This document shows positions 50,177-60,600 of a DNA stretch of 64,000 bases, piece after piece. Made by a program: the position numbers and the translations under genes. Numbering within the stretch: the first letter of the stretch is position 1; each line of letters begins with the position of its first letter. The stretch covers positions 41,648 to 105,647 of the IMG/VR virus record IMGVR_UViG_3300010396_000006; one strand, given 5' to 3'. This DNA is from a virus. The notes below the pieces were generated by a model, which did no database searches, had not been told where the DNA came from, and saw only the letters and a program-made list of their open reading frames with translations.

Positions 50177-50938
50177 ATGGCAGCTAGTACGCAATTTTTC
50201 TACGGTGACTTCTTGCATCAGGACAAATCCACGAACTTCAACGGGATTCAGCGGAATCTCGTATTGGGGCCGAACGGACGCGCCTATCTGATGCAAGAGA
50301 CGTGGAATGTCTTGGCTCGCTGGATTGATTTGCAAGGCGGTGGGGCTGACGAACTCCAAGGTTATCTGGGTGAGATGCGACAAGCCTATTCGCGGAATGG
50401 GCAACCTTGCGGATTCGCCGGCACGAACTGGCTTATGGACCCCGCTAGATCAGTTGGGGGACCAGTCGTTCTTGGTCAGCCAGGTCATTCGATGCTACGC
50501 GGCGTCGACGGTATCAACTATCTCGAAGTCACCGTTGCGATTCAGAATACAACGCTATTCCAAGATTCCTATCCGGGAGCATCGCCAGGAACTTTGACGT
50601 CCTTTGAGGAAACAACCTCGTTTACAGACAATGCCGGACTGCCGATCTTCGTTGAGCGAATTCCGCAGAATGGTCTGCCGATACTGCAACAGGTCTCGAC
50701 CAATTCATGGTACTTCGGAACGCAAGCCGGATCGGCGACATCGACAGTAACTTGGCCATCACCTGCGGCGGCTTTATTTCCAGGGGCGGCGAGAACTTCA
50801 GGGAATGCTGCTCAGGGCGTCACCTACAAGAGTCCAAAAATGATCCGTGGCGTGCCAGTCGAATATACGACGACTTGGAAGTACGAATACATTTCCGCAA
50901 CACCGTTCCTCAGCCAACTGCCAAATACTCAAGGATAA
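50177..50938 (+). CDS. putative distal tail protein
   Basis: Position directly after the tape measure gene. Confidence 0.45.
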   Translation: MAASTQFFYGDFLHQDKSTNFNGIQRNLVLGPNGRAYLMQETWNVLARWIDLQGGGADELQGYLGEMRQAYSRNGQPCGFAGTNWLMDPARSVGGPVVLGQPGHSMLRGVDGINYLEVTVAIQNTTLFQDSYPGASPGTLTSFEETTSFTDNAGLPIFVERIPQNGLPILQQVSTNSWYFGTQAGSATSTVTWPSPAAALFPGAARTSGNAAQGVTYKSPKMIRGVPVEYTTTWKYEYISATPFLSQLPNTQG

Positions 50939-50941
50939 GCG

Positions 50942-52198
50942 ATGACAGTCAAACGATGGCTCGGCGCTGCAAATGCGGTCAATGATCTCTGGACAATCTC
51001 CCTGTCAGGGACCGTGATCAGCCAGACGTATACTCTGACGATCAACGGCAAATCACTGGCCTATGCCGCCAGCGGGACCGATACCGTCAATTCGATTTTG
51101 ACGGCGATTGTGGCCGCATGGAATTCACTGACGGCTCCGGTTCCACCGCCGGAGTTTCAGGAACTGACCGCAACGGCATTCCCGGTCGCCGGGCCATTCA
51201 CCACAATTCAACTCAAAGGTGACGTGGCAGGCAATCCGACATTGCCGTCTGTGGCCACCAGCGGCGGCGCAACATTCTCGATTGCCAACACGACTCCGGC
51301 CACGGGTCCCAATGACTTCGCGAATGCGCAAAACTGGTCTGGCGGTGTCGCTCCAGTCAATGGCGATACGCTGGTCTTTGATAATGGTTCAGTGGCTTGT
51401 CTGTTCAATCTGTCGACGACATTGACTGGCATCACGGTGATTGTGAATCCAGGATTCACCGGCACGATTGGACTGCCACTGATCAACACCAATTCACCGA
51501 CGAGCTATGCCGAATATCGTACGACGTCGCTCACGCTGGTTGGCGGCACAGCGACAATCAACGGTCCCGCATTGCAACGGTTCAATATTGCCTTTGGGGC
51601 CAATACGTCGACGGTTCGTATCATGGGAACCGGAAGCCGTCTGGACCGTTACACTCCGGTTGTGTTGATCACTGGCGGCAATGGTTCCAGTGAACTCGAT
51701 ATGACCAAGGGTGATGCGGGGTTGGCGTTCTATCTCGGCACAACCGCAAACTTCCCGACAATCAAGACCGGATTTCTCAACAACGCGACAACCGATGTCA
51801 GCTTGATCTGCGGGCCGGGGACAACGCTAGGAACGATCAGTCAAAACGGTGGCAACATCACATTCCAAAGCGCGGCGACAACAGCCAATCTTGGACAAGC
51901 CGGCGGCTCGATGACGATTCAAGACGGATCGGCAACAACTCTCAATGCCTTGAACGGCACGGTCTACCAAAACACGACTGGCACAATTGGAACGGCCAAT
52001 CTCTACAACTCCGCAACGCTGAACTGCGACGGGGACCCGCGTAGCAAAGCGATCACGACGCTGAATGTCTTCTCGTCATCGGTGACGGTGATCGACAATC
52101 AGAGAACGGTCAACAGCGGCACGATCACGGCTGTCATGGACAACCTGACCGGCTTCAACATTCAACATGGCGGTTCAACTTCTCTCGTCATCACGTAA
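50942..52198 (+). CDS. Thr/Gly/Asn-rich beta-helix-like tail protein
   Basis: Composition; 'NWSGGVAPVNGD' motif; tail module context. Confidence 0.55.
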   Translation: MTVKRWLGAANAVNDLWTISLSGTVISQTYTLTINGKSLAYAASGTDTVNSILTAIVAAWNSLTAPVPPPEFQELTATAFPVAGPFTTIQLKGDVAGNPTLPSVATSGGATFSIANTTPATGPNDFANAQNWSGGVAPVNGDTLVFDNGSVACLFNLSTTLTGITVIVNPGFTGTIGLPLINTNSPTSYAEYRTTSLTLVGGTATINGPALQRFNIAFGANTSTVRIMGTGSRLDRYTPVVLITGGNGSSELDMTKGDAGLAFYLGTTANFPTIKTGFLNNATTDVSLICGPGTTLGTISQNGGNITFQSAATTANLGQAGGSMTIQDGSATTLNALNGTVYQNTTGTIGTANLYNSATLNCDGDPRSKAITTLNVFSSSVTVIDNQRTVNSGTITAVMDNLTGFNIQHGGSTSLVIT

Positions 52199-52204
52199 TG
52201 AACT

Positions 52205-54013
52205 ATGACAACAATTAACTTTGGCGCATGGGAATATCCCGGTATCCAAGTGTATGACTCCGTTCGATTCACGGACGTCAGCGGGATCTCGCCATCGGTT
52301 TGCGTCGTGCGAGTCTTTCCGCAATACGGCTGGCCTGATCGCATTGGTGACATGGTTTTCACCTACAACGCGAATCAGATCGTGATTCCCGGATGCACAA
52401 TCGACAATGCCTCGTTCCAGCGAAACAGCGGCGGAAAAATTGTCAGCGTCCGCATTCTGGACTCACGCTGGCGATGGGCCTACGGTCAAATCACGTTGCG
52501 AGCCAATGTCCGACTGCCGAATAACTTCGTTGATCCATTGCATGAGAAGACGCCACAAGAGATCGCGACACTCTGTTTCATTGCGATGGGGGAAACAAGT
52601 TTCGACGTCTCGGCATTGCCATCGGATGCCCGGCCCGATATCGACTGGGAATCGGAAAATCCCGCTCAGTGTCTGGCACAGATGTGCGATGACCTGGGCT
52701 GTCGGATTGTGCCGCGCAGGTCTGATGCAACCTGGGTGATCTGCCAGACGGGCGTCGGAAATCCCTTACCGGATAATCTTCCGTATCAAGACGGCGGCGA
52801 TGGCATCGACCCGAAAGAGATTCCTGATTTTCTCCAGATTGTGACGGCTCCCGTGAACTATCAGGTCGCTTTGCCGATGGAACCGATCGGTCGTGACTTA
52901 GATCAATCGTGGCTTCCGGCGCAGGAACTTAGCTACTGTCCGAATCCAGATAATACCTATGACGTGGCTTACGGGTATGGGTTGGAACCGTCGACGATGT
53001 GCAACCTCAGCAATACGCGGGTTTTGCAAGCGGACGGAACGGCTGTTAGCGCCCGCGAAATCGCCCGTACCTATCTCTATCGCTCGTGGAGGATCAAGAC
53101 GCCGTTTTCGAATGGACAGCGACTCATCCTTGGTTTCCCGACCATGTATATCAACGGATACGATGGTTACGTCTGCCGCAAGCAGATCATCCTGACCGAC
53201 AAGTTAGCTCAGTGCTACACCGATGAACGCGGCGAGATTCATCCCCGGCCGGCCTATATGTTCGGCGAATTTGAATCCCGCGTCTCACCGCAGATCAATT
53301 ATCCGCCGGGAACACGCATCGACTATCAATCACCCAACGTCGACAAGTATCCCGAGGAACGGAGTTCCTTCAATCTGAATGCCGATCCACTGGATACGGA
53401 CCGCTCGATCGTCACGACGTCCAGGCAAATGACGTTCATCACAAAGAACATCGCACAGCCAGATGGCACGACACGAACTCGATATGACTTCGCGAAACTG
53501 TTCTACGTTTGTGCGATCCAGATCCGAGACCCCGACACATGGCAACCGATCCGTTATTTCCGTTTCCGACAGATCAGCGACAGTCCGAATCCTGATCCGA
53601 CCAACGTCGCTACGATCGTCAAGAACGACATTCAGCCGTGGTTCATCAATCTCTACAACCCGGACGGAACATGGTCATCGAATACCAACAACAGCGATGA
53701 CGTGAATAATCAATGCGATTACTACCTTGATCAGATTCAGCAGACGTTCATGACGATCTCAACGCAAACGCGAACCTATATCGGCCTATTCCCGATCGAC
53801 ATGGACGGAGCGATTCAACAGGTGACGTACGAGATCGGCAAGCAAGGCACAAACACGATCGCGTCGAACGGCACGGAACATAATTTCGACATTCCAACGT
53901 ATGCCGAACGGCGACAGCGCGACGGTCGTCACAACATTCAGCAGAAGTTGCGATTGAAGGCCGAAATTGAATCCCGGCGTCAAGCCACGAAAGGCACGTT
54001 CAACACGTTGTAA
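52205..54013 (+). CDS. putative tail tip/hub protein
   Basis: 602 aa; 'ILDSRWRW', 'PDIDWE..NPAQCL', 'DGAIQQVTYEI'; tail module context. Confidence 0.55.
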   Translation: MTTINFGAWEYPGIQVYDSVRFTDVSGISPSVCVVRVFPQYGWPDRIGDMVFTYNANQIVIPGCTIDNASFQRNSGGKIVSVRILDSRWRWAYGQITLRANVRLPNNFVDPLHEKTPQEIATLCFIAMGETSFDVSALPSDARPDIDWESENPAQCLAQMCDDLGCRIVPRRSDATWVICQTGVGNPLPDNLPYQDGGDGIDPKEIPDFLQIVTAPVNYQVALPMEPIGRDLDQSWLPAQELSYCPNPDNTYDVAYGYGLEPSTMCNLSNTRVLQADGTAVSAREIARTYLYRSWRIKTPFSNGQRLILGFPTMYINGYDGYVCRKQIILTDKLAQCYTDERGEIHPRPAYMFGEFESRVSPQINYPPGTRIDYQSPNVDKYPEERSSFNLNADPLDTDRSIVTTSRQMTFITKNIAQPDGTTRTRYDFAKLFYVCAIQIRDPDTWQPIRYFRFRQISDSPNPDPTNVATIVKNDIQPWFINLYNPDGTWSSNTNNSDDVNNQCDYYLDQIQQTFMTISTQTRTYIGLFPIDMDGAIQQVTYEIGKQGTNTIASNGTEHNFDIPTYAERRQRDGRHNIQQKLRLKAEIESRRQATKGTFNTL

Positions 54014-54021
54014 ATTGAACT

Positions 54022-54714
54022 ATGAGTGACTTAGCGCCAGTTCGCGGAGTGATGATTCAGAACGATTCGGGGATGAACATTCCACCGAATTCGGTCGTTG
54101 TTGTGACGTTCGTAGAATACACGACTGGAGACGCAAACAACGATCCGGAAGTGATCCATCATGTCACGCAATACAGCGGACAAAGCGGGAATTTTCTCGT
54201 TACGGGCGATACAGACATTCCGGCAGGGGCAACTGGCGGCACATCAGGTGACGCTGAAGAAACTCCGCGTGCGTCGCTATCGAGAGCCTATTCCGACTCA
54301 TTCATCTATGTGGCAATTGACCCCGGTGTCGCGGTTCCTACTGCTGGAGAACAATGGTCCCCAGTTAGTGGGAAATGGTATTTAAGCAGGGGTGGGAGTG
54401 GTTTTAATGCTCAAGGTGGCGCGTTTGGACCATCAGGAAATCAGATCGCAATCTTCAACCGCATTGCGGCGGCATCTCAAGGACAGATATTCCACGGCGA
54501 ATTGACATCAACCTGTTCGGTGGCGACCAATTCCAGGAGTGGTTCTACGACCTGCACCGTCCAGGCATATGTTGGCACGGGTTCAACGACGCTAAGCGGA
54601 ACAGACATCACCGTCACAAATCGCTCCCTGACAATGAATGGATTGCCAGGTGCATATGCATTCTGGACCCAGATTGGCAGCGAGACAGTGCTATTGGGAG
54701 TCGATTGCCCATGA
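54022..54714 (+). CDS. putative tail-associated protein
   Basis: Context; Gly/Thr/Ser-rich. Confidence 0.45.
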   Translation: MSDLAPVRGVMIQNDSGMNIPPNSVVVVTFVEYTTGDANNDPEVIHHVTQYSGQSGNFLVTGDTDIPAGATGGTSGDAEETPRASLSRAYSDSFIYVAIDPGVAVPTAGEQWSPVSGKWYLSRGGSGFNAQGGAFGPSGNQIAIFNRIAAASQGQIFHGELTSTCSVATNSRSGSTTCTVQAYVGTGSTTLSGTDITVTNRSLTMNGLPGAYAFWTQIGSETVLLGVDCP

Positions 54715-55721
54715 TGGGATTTGGTCAATGCTGCGGCTCCTGCGGTAGCGGCGGAGGTGTATATAATGTGATGAAGATCGATCCTTCAAACGGCTCGATC
54801 ATTTGGACGTCTTTGGCTGTTGGAACCAGTCCCGGCGCTAAACGGGCCTTCAGGGTGCTACCGCTGACCGGCACTAACGATGTCATGGTCAGTTGCGACG
54901 TCAACGCGATTTGTCGCATGGACAGCACCGGCGCTGAGATTTGGCATTACGACGACCAGTTCTCGGACCCCGCGAGGCGAACATTCTCAGTTGATACATC
55001 GCTAGGCCGAATAATTGGGCTCAATGTTTACCCTGCCAACTTCAGTTTCTCTCAAGGGTTTTACAGCATTGATTTCAGCGGCGTAATCGATTGGAAGATG
55101 AGTTACACCGGATCGGTTGCCATCAATAATGTGATGTCGGTTGTTGCGGCCGGAGGCATCGCGATATTTTGCACAAATGAAACCTTTGGCCAGTATTTCG
55201 GGGTTGCGACCGCAACTATCCCTCAACTGTTCACGAATTCTGTCACCACACTTTATTCTACGCCAACCCCAGGGATATTCGCCTATTGTTGTTTTGATGG
55301 TTCCGGCAACGCAGTCGCCACGAACGCGACAGTCGTTCCATCGACCGGAGTTGGGACGTTTTTTTCTCCAGCAACAAACAATCTAAACATCCAGTCTGGC
55401 GGCGGTAAGTTTAGCGCCAACAGCCCCAACGCGATCTCTGCACCACCCCTTTTTCGCGGCGGATCGTCTCTTCCACTCCTCTCCGGGACGGGTCCGGGCG
55501 CAATTGGCACAAGCACTACAAACCCGACCGTATCCGATACGTGCTGCGATTCGGCGCAATATTACTTTGTCACGTCGCCGATGGCCGGACTCGGCAATAT
55601 CATCGCACTGGATTCGTCGTTTAATCTCGTCTGGTCCCAAACGTATGGCCCGACAAGCAGCCACAACCCTACCGGTTGCTGTATTTCCGATGACGGATAT
55701 CTCTATGTCTGCGGAAATTAA
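54705..55721 (+). CDS. beta-propeller (PQQ-like) protein, candidate receptor-binding protein
   Basis: Repeated 'D..G.I(I/D)W' blades, 'DGYLYVCG' end, Cys-rich N-terminus. Confidence 0.55.
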   Translation: MPMMGFGQCCGSCGSGGGVYNVMKIDPSNGSIIWTSLAVGTSPGAKRAFRVLPLTGTNDVMVSCDVNAICRMDSTGAEIWHYDDQFSDPARRTFSVDTSLGRIIGLNVYPANFSFSQGFYSIDFSGVIDWKMSYTGSVAINNVMSVVAAGGIAIFCTNETFGQYFGVATATIPQLFTNSVTTLYSTPTPGIFAYCCFDGSGNAVATNATVVPSTGVGTFFSPATNNLNIQSGGGKFSANSPNAISAPPLFRGGSSLPLLSGTGPGAIGTSTTNPTVSDTCCDSAQYYFVTSPMAGLGNIIALDSSFNLVWSQTYGPTSSHNPTGCCISDDGYLYVCGN

Positions 55722-55917
55722 GCAGCGCATCGATCGCGGACCCTGCGGTCATCGCGGCGAGTCATTCGACTCCGAGGTGTGCGATTTGTGCGGGATCAAG
55801 GGGCAGATTGTCCCGATCTTCTCATGCGATCGATACACGAAATGCGTCCTGAATCGCCATCGCCAGCGACAACTGATCCGCAATTGTTTACTTTGCGATG
55901 ACTTTGAACCAACCTAA
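55705..55917 (+). CDS. small Cys-rich protein ending the tail operon
   Basis: 'CGHRG...CDLCG...C...C...CLLCDD'. Confidence 0.5.
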   Translation: MSAEIKQRIDRGPCGHRGESFDSEVCDLCGIKGQIVPIFSCDRYTKCVLNRHRQRQLIRNCLLCDDFEPT

Positions 55918-56039
55918 CCATCACCTCAATGCTGCCTTTGAGTAGGCAGCCCAGCAGCCCCGCAATGAGGATTATGGCCAGAAATCACGATTTTCAGAGA
56001 ATTGCTTGAAAATTCACACGAAGTCTGTTTAGACTCCCG

Positions 56040-56147
56040 TTGCAATCTGGTGCCTCAGACTGCAAAATACCTTTCGAATACCGGGTTCGCCCGTGTTCAA
56101 TAAGCCGTTTCAACCTGAGGCACCGGGTTGTACGGCTTTTTTCTTTT
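56040..56147 (+). ncRNA. kissing-loop terminator/attenuator RNA 2
   Basis: Promoter TTGAAA-18-TAGACT (56006-56035); 5' hairpin with GGTGCCTCAG; UUCG hairpin; terminator carrying CTGAGGCACC, then T-tract. Confidence 0.65.
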
Positions 56148-56987
56148 CTAGCCATCACAGATCAACCAGATGTCGCGTGCGACGGATCTTGATCGTGACT
56201 CTGTGGAATCGAATCCAGCCAAAGCGATGGGAACTGGGTTCGCGGTAAAACGGGTGCAATCCCCTCCCGTTGGATGGTCGCTCGTTGCATCCAACGAATC
56301 CGCCTGCTGGATGGCCATACGGTCTGATGCGGAAAAGTTCACAGTGAATCCCCGCTTCCATCCATCTTTATTGATTGGAGGGGAGGGGGAGGAACTGTGG
56401 AGACAACTGGACGTCCACCGATCGCTGCGGAATAGTTTGTGGTAGTCTTTTCTCCGAATCTTTCTTCTCTTCAAAGAAGATCAATGATTCCAGTTTGATT
56501 AGGGAAACAACCAGATGGCAATTGAGATTACAGAACAATGGTTGATGGACAATCGAACCGAACGTGGGGCATGGACTCGGGCGCAACTGAAAATCATTGG
56601 CGTTGGATGGCCACCAACGAACGGCTGGAAAAAGCGTGTCATCGGAACATTGATCAGCGACATTGAGGCAAAAGCATTTCGAGATTCACGGGCGATTACT
56701 GGAACGAGTCGCGAACGTCGGAGAACGTGGAGATCACTTCAGTCGACATTGCCAACGGAGCCTGAAGTAAAGCCGAACATTCCGGGTTCTGAAAACATCC
56801 AAGCCAAAAAGACACGAGTCAGTCTGGCCGTTAAAGAACTCCGGTTGGCGCTCGCTGACCTGGGGTCTCCGGATATGAAATTGATCGACGATATGTTGAT
56901 GGCCGTTTTAAGATGGTTAGTCAGTCAAAGACCGACGACTGTTGGCAGGCCAGAGATTTCCATCAATTCACATTCGGAGCAGAGAAA

Positions 56988-57221
56988 ATGAGCCAATCCG
57001 AAGATCTCGGCGAAACGGTGATTCCATTCGGCAGACACAAGGGCCAGAAGATGTCGGCAATTCAGCGTGACTATCTGGAGTTCATCGTTGAGAATAAATA
57101 TGGACCGCCTCACTGGCTGAAAAAGATTGCGGCGTTTCTGTGGCCGGAAGAAACTGCAAAGTCAGGTCGCAGTCAATCCGAGCGAGACATGGACCGCGAA
57201 TTCAAAGGGATCATCGGATGA
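56988..57221 (+). CDS. DUF3820-like 'PFGKHKG' protein
   Basis: 'IPFGRHKGQKMSAIQRDYLEF'. Confidence 0.7.
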   Translation: MSQSEDLGETVIPFGRHKGQKMSAIQRDYLEFIVENKYGPPHWLKKIAAFLWPEETAKSGRSQSERDMDREFKGIIG

Positions 57222-57863
57222 GAAAATGGAAAACGTGGATCAGGAAACTGCTCAGAAAGCGCCGCCGGCCATTCGCCAAAGGTGATTTCGTTTGGCATCG
57301 CGAATTGGGCCACGGCGGCAGAGTTCAGAGCGCCCTATTGGACGAGGGCAATTGGTACTATTGCGTGGAAATACGATGTCATCCGAGATCAATCCTGGGA
57401 GCCGGTTCGAAAATCGTTGACGAGTGGCGAGACTCGGAGATCCTTTAAAAGCATCAAGGACATTTCGGATGACACAAGACCTATCAACAGCCGTTCAGAC
57501 AGAAATCAAGGCAATCGACAGCGAGAAATTCTTTCAAGCCATCAGGCTGAAAGATTACGTCTGCGTTCAAAACATCGCTGGCGACATCATGATGGTTGTG
57601 TCGAGGGAAGAGTTCCGATTTCAAGGCTGCGACGTCGTAGCGTTTTCTCTGTCGCCTGAACTATTGTTGTCAGTGGGGCCGATGCGAATTCAGTGCAGTT
57701 CGATAGAAACCGCCCGGCAAGTTGCTTCGGAGATCTGGCGACAACTTCAATTCGCGAATGGGACCCATCCATCGCAAACCGTGTATCGAACCGATCGAGG
57801 GAAAGAATTCTCGTTTGATCAACTTCGCCAAACTGGACTGGCTTCGATTCTGTATTGAAAAAT

Positions 57864-57935
57864 GCGAGAGTAGCTCAATGGTAGAGCAGGCAACTCATAA
57901 TTGTTTTGTTGGAGGTTCGAATCCTCCCTCTCGCA
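57864..57935 (+). tRNA. tRNA with CAT anticodon (elongator Met or Ile2)
   Basis: Acceptor GCGAGAG/CTCTCGC, D-arm GCTC/GAGC, anticodon loop CTCATAA, T-arm GGAGG-TTCGAAT-CCTCC; CCA not encoded. Confidence 0.92.
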
Positions 57936-59210
57936 ATCGACTCGGGAAGTCTCGTTGCTCGTCAGTGCATCGAGTTTGATCCATGTTGGTTCAATTGGCG
58001 AGACTTCCCTTTTGAAATAGAAAGCTGATTCGATGAACTACTTGATCGGCGATGTTGTCACATGGCTTGAGAATCCGCATCCCGGCCTTGCGGGAGGAAG
58101 CAACATAGAATTCTCGGGGCGAGTGATCGGACTGGATCGTGAAAATCTCATGCTATCAGTCTGGCCATCCGAAGACTGTTCAATCATTGATCGAGACGTC
58201 GTCGTGTTCTTGAAATGGGTCGGCGATCACTTTGAGAGATTCTGACCGTTTTTGTGTCCCTTGTTTCCCTTTCTTGTCTCCCTTGTTGGAAAATCCAAGA
58301 AAAAGGCTTGCAATATGCCGGATAAATGGCCAGACAAACCAGACGGTCCCGGATGGTTCTGGGTGGGAAGTTCACCCGCGACTCAACCGGTTATCGTTCG
58401 AGTGTTCGAGACATCTCGGGGCCTGATGTTCAATGACACGGCTCATGGCGGTGGACACGTTCAAGATCTGTCGTGCGCCAGATGGAAGCGAATTCCACAA
58501 GAGGAATTTCAAGAATGACTGAAGATCAAGATCAAGAACACGAATTCGAAATGGTAATGCCATTCTGGATTGATACGGATGCCTATTCTCAACGAGATCG
58601 AGAGATGTTCACCGCGGGCGTTGAGTTCGAACAGGTTCGTCAACATTTCAGCAATCCGTCATTCACTGGAACAACGATCCTGAGAGAAAACGAGTCTCGG
58701 ATTCGGATGATGGCCGGGCACCTCGGCAGAGCGGTCAAGATCAGTCCATGCGAACCGGAGCATGATCCAGATGGAACATGGTCATACCTAGAAGTAGCGC
58801 CTGATCTGCAAGAAGGAAAATCAGATGATTGAAATCGGGTTCGTGTTGTTGCTTGTCATCGTCTGCGGAATCGTCTGGCTCAAGTTCCGCAAACATCCTC
58901 CAATGTCATTGGAAGATCAGATTGAAGAAGCGATGGTCTTAGGGTGCTGGCGCACCGGCAAGACGCTCATTGGCAATCTGAATGATCGCGGAGAACTCAA
59001 GATCACTGTCATTGAGGATGACGAATCGTGACGATCCAAGAAGTTCTTGACGAGATCGAAAAACAAAAACGGACCTATCGGCAATCGATGGCCAATAAGT
59101 CCGCTGATGAGCAAGAATATTTCAGGTGTTCCTGCGATGCTCTATTGAGAATTGAGAACTGGATCACGGAACAACTGAGAGTCGAGAAGCTTCTGGAATC
59201 GTTGCCGTGA

Positions 59211-59393
59211 TCACTTACCGTCGTTGATCTGTGCCGACAGTACGTCGTGTTTCTCTTTCCATCGGTCGGCATTCGCCTGGGCAACGGCCGCATCCGCTTT
59301 CGCCTGATCCGCTCCAATCTTCGCAATCGTGATATTGACGCTGTGATGAACGACTCCCGCCACGACAACGCCAATCAAAATCCCTGTCAACAT
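59211..59393 (-). CDS. small reverse-strand membrane-anchored protein
   Basis: N-terminal TM helix plus short coiled coil; GGAGG RBS on the minus strand. Confidence 0.5.
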   Translation of the reverse strand: MLTGILIGVVVAGVVHHSVNITIAKIGADQAKADAAVAQANADRWKEKHDVLSAQINDGK

Positions 59394-59511
59394 GAAAACC
59401 TCCCATTCGCTTGAGTGAAAACTGAAAGCCCGGCAAGATTCTACGCCAGCCGATGGACGCCTGCGAACTGAAATCGACGTCAGAATCCGGCATCCCGAAA
59501 GAAATTTACGA

Positions 59512-59592
59512 AAATCAGTAAGATTTCAGTAGACAGAATCAAAAACTGTCGATAGACTCTGAATCAGTTCGCGGTTGTCAGTAACCAGCCGT
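59512..59592 (+). promoter_or_regulatory. promoter module 5
   Basis: AAATC-AGTAA-GATTT, TAGACA-17-TAGACT, hairpin CGGTTG-TCAGTAAC-CAGCCG. Confidence 0.75.
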
Positions 59593-59874
59593 GTGACAAA
59601 TCTGACCGCCTGAGAGTAGGCCATAAACTGGAGTCGTGAATCATGTCGACAACCGTTTCTTCCGAACAAGCCACGGTCGAAGTTTCATTTCCGAAATTGG
59701 GGTGGATTCGATTTTCTGCCGGAGATGGGATGTATAACCGCTGCGACCTGATGATCAAGAGAGCGGCGTTCATTTGGAAATGCGTTAAGAAACACGGCAA
59801 CTATGTGATCGTCCCCAGCAAGTGGGAATGAATCCGAGTCGTCAGTTTCTATTCAACACCAAAGGAATCAATCC

Positions 59875-60600
59875 ATGTGCGCCACTGAAAAGATGGTTGT
59901 CGTTCACAAGTGGGAAGACAAAGGCGTCGGCAAGGCCCCCTTCCGTCTGGTTGGCTTCATCTCGATGCCTAATCTCGAATCATTTGGGACGAATGTCGAA
60001 GGCTACAACAATGCGATGATCGAAGCATGGCATGTCGCCAGATCGCACGGTGTTCGACTCGGTTCTTGCGACGTCTGCGGAACAGGGATTCACAATCATT
60101 ATGTGATCCAAGAGGCTGGCGGCAAGCGATTCGTTGTCGGCTGCGATTGCGTGGCGAAGACCGACGATTCCAAACTGATCACCGCTGTTGAAAATGACAG
60201 GCGAGTTCGCGATCGAGCCAAACGACGGGCTGCCAGTGAGGTCAAGTATGCCGCTGAACGTCAACGACGAATTGATGCCGAACAGACCGAACGGTCCGCG
60301 AACGGCGGCAAGACTCTGCGAGAAATCGATGAAGAATCACGACAGGCCGCATTGATCGTTGCTCGCGAAAAGTATCAGAAAGAAAACTGGTGGCTGATTC
60401 ATATCATCCAAGGCATGTCGGGCGAGTTCATTCAATCGATGACCGATAAGCTCTGTGAAGGTCCAATAAGTGGCCTGTCTGACCGATGCGTCTCGATCCT
60501 GCGAGATATCTACGGCAAAGCCCACGGACGATCGAACAGCAAGAAATACGATGCCGCTGTGGAAGTCTTCAATTCTTATCTGCCGGAGTCCGTGGAATGA
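59875..60600 (+). CDS. Zn-binding hypothetical protein
   Basis: 'CDVCG...VGCDC' followed by a coiled coil. Confidence 0.6.
   Translation: MCATEKMVVVHKWEDKGVGKAPFRLVGFISMPNLESFGTNVEGYNNAMIEAWHVARSHGVRLGSCDVCGTGIHNHYVIQEAGGKRFVVGCDCVAKTDDSKLITAVENDRRVRDRAKRRAASEVKYAAERQRRIDAEQTERSANGGKTLREIDEESRQAALIVAREKYQKENWWLIHIIQGMSGEFIQSMTDKLCEGPISGLSDRCVSILRDIYGKAHGRSNSKKYDAAVEVFNSYLPESVE

Noticed and set aside
50942-52198. Contractile tail sheath
   Set aside because: Lies downstream of the tape measure gene, looks beta-helix-like, and no baseplate wedge genes were recognised
57864-57935. tRNA as a prophage attachment site
   Set aside because: Phage-like genes continue on both sides; no integrase or duplicated tRNA 3' end in the window
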